Below, piece by piece: positions 61,821-64,000 of a stretch of 64,000 bases of DNA. Made by a program: the position numbers and the translations under genes. Source of the stretch: Chiloscyllium plagiosum (taxonomy: Eukaryota). A model generated the notes under the pieces. The model was not told the DNA's origin, did no database searches, and worked only from the letters and a program-made list of their open reading frames with translations. The stretch lies in the NCBI RefSeq assembly GCF_004010195.1, contig NC_057751.1, forward strand, positions 12,133,508 to 12,197,507, read 5' to 3'. Position 1 is the stretch's first letter. Every line of letters begins with the position of its first letter.

Positions 61821-64000
61821 TTAACTTGCTTGGATGAGTCTGAGGGCTACAGAGTGGAAGACCATGACACATAGTACAGGAAGCCATGCAAATGAAGCCC
61901 ACAAAAAGGAATGCCCTGGTAGTTAGGGACAGTATGCCGAGAGGGATTTATTTTGTTCTCGGCAGCAATGAGCAGGAATGTCCGAGTTCGGGACATCAGC
62001 TTAGAACTGGAGATGACTTGACGATGGGAGGGGGAGGATCCAGTTGTTGTGATTCATGTGGGTACCCATGATGTAGCCAGCAAAGAGGTTCTGCACAGTC
62101 AGAGTCAGAAACTAGGCATCACATTAAAAACAGAACCTCAAAGGTCATCATGAATTGATTATTATCCCAGCCATAGCTAATGTGCTACAGACAAATAATA
62201 TTGAGAAAATTAATTAGTGGCTGAATGACTGGCATGGCAGTAGAAGGTTCTGTCTGATGGGGCACTGGCACCAATAATAGGGCAAGTGAGAGCTGTCTCA
62301 TTGGGATTGTCTACACCTGAACCATGCTGGAGTTAGTGTTTACAGCATTCACTGAGATGAGCAGGCAGCAAGGATTTGGGATGATGCCTATACTATTTGG
62401 ATCCGACATGGGTTAAACTTGGTTCACCATGTCCAGCACTTGTATGTGAAGCTATTCAGCCTCTATTGCATTCCATGGGATACGCTGCAGCGTATCTAAA
62501 CCCTTCCTATTCATGTACCATCCAGCTGCCTTTTAAATGTTGTAATTGTCCCAGCCTCCACCACTTCCTCCACCACTTCCTCCAGATCTAATTTCCAACA
62601 TGTAGAAAATTAAGCAATATTTACGTACCTGAGAAATTGCCTCCTAAGTTATCAGAACAAATTTTAAATTTATGAAAGAGATGACAGAAATAAGTAACAC
62701 AAAATATTATGATCTCAATTGTGATAAACATCCTGTTCGGCAGTCTGATCTGACAAATATTTTTCTAACCCAATTCTACCAAGAAGAATTCCATGTCCCT
62801 GGAATATTCTATGCCTACCTCTCCTGTAACCTTTGACTCAGCACAAATCATGAAATGTAGATCGTATTGACAGAAAATTAATTTTAAATAATTTATTTAA
62901 TTACATCAGTAACTAATTTTGAAAAAAATAAATTTGCTAGGCTTAAGAGCTGAGATAGTGATACAAGATACATTTTGCCAGTGTACAGACTTAATTTCTG
63001 CACACATAAAATATTCTAAGGGCTTGCAAATATCAAGACAGCTGTGGCATTTTTAAACAAAACACAATTATTTAAATTGTAGCCTGATTCCCTGAACATA
63101 AAAAAATTACAAGCAGTAATTTCGAAGAGGTCAGATAATCTTAAACATTCATGACTTTGTTACTACAAGGTAAAATAAACTTCATGTTCAAAAATATCAA
63201 GAGAGTGAACTGAAACAGCAAATAAAAATGAAACACATTATAAATGCAGTTAATGAGCAAAAAGTGTTAAAACAAAAGCAGAATAAATGTACCATATAAA
63301 ATTTGAAAAAAGGAAATGAAAGCTGTGCCATTAACAATAAAGTTGAGAAATAAATATTGCATGTTAAATTTAAAATTAATCCATAGAATATTTATGAAAA
63401 TGAACAAGGAAAACATTTTGCAATACATTAATCTCTACTAAAAGAAAACCTTATTAGAAATGTTAAAATGAAACAAATAAAAGGACAAATCAATTGAAAA
63501 TACATTAAGGTAATGAATTCACCACTGAATGAGATCAGAATATAATAATAAAATTTAAATGGATATGCAAAGAACATTATTCATTATATTCCCAATCTTG
63601 CCATATGACATGACAGTAATGATTATTACTGAAACCTGTTATTTCAATTAGAACATTGATTGTAGGATTATGACTAGTAATGACATATCAAAATTGGATG
63701 CTGCTTCACACCAAACGACGTCCTGCCCAAAATGTACAGCTGATCATATATCTTGCATTTTCTCTTGTATTCAAACTAATGGATAGAACAAATAAAATTC
63801 TCTTGACTGCAGATTGGTTAGTGTGCAGGTTGGTTAGTGTGCTTTCTGAAAGCATTAGCTTTGATATGATTCTGTCAGAAAAACAAACAGGCAAAGATGG
63901 ATGAGCAAAACTTGAACTTAAACATAAAGGATGCTTAGAAAGCTTTTGAAAGTGGGAGTGAGATAGCAAGGCTCACAGACATAGGAAGAGAATGCCAAAG

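Larger units (their letters stand above)
60870..62345 (+). mobile_element. CR1 ORF1 relic (Cys-rich N-terminus plus SGNH/GDSL esterase domain), interrupted by nested insertions at 61200-61820
   Basis: MWELL..HIFENCLQLQQLWFRVNEL; ALVVRDSMPRG (GDS block); DPVVVIHVGTHD (GxND block); DCLHLNHAG (DxxH block). Confidence 0.75.

Noticed and set aside
62600..63680. Very AT-rich, A-skewed tract
   Set aside because: No periodicity, ORF or terminal structure was found. Treated as low-complexity non-coding DNA.

Overview
This is an AT-rich, gene-poor stretch of vertebrate genomic DNA, most likely from a cartilaginous fish (shark). That assignment is inferred from the repeat content: V-SINE/HE1-like SINEs, CR1-type HER1-like LINEs, Deu-domain-like SINEs and abundant Penelope-like elements (PLEs). 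I cannot support any intact host protein-coding gene. Nearly all interpretable ORFs are decayed transposon fragments: CR1 reverse transcriptase and ORF1 esterase, L2, RTE, PLE GIY-YIG endonuclease, PIF/Harbinger transposase and Gypsy integrase. The most notable structures are: (i) several PLE terminal repeats from different families carrying minimal hammerhead-ribozyme cores (best at 39537-39572 and 44607-44646, minus strand); (ii) two pairs of same-family solo LTRs in opposite orientation, three of the four with readable target-site duplications; (iii) multi-level nested insertions; (iv) a 308-bp-period tandem duplication; (v) a short, locally templated duplication next to a perfect 18-bp palindrome; and (vi) weak candidates for minus-strand exons and for an enhancer with two Pbx/Meis-type sites. 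There is one assembly gap (44914-45064). Repeat family names come from motif recognition, not database searches, and repeat boundaries are approximate unless a target-site duplication (TSD) is quoted.
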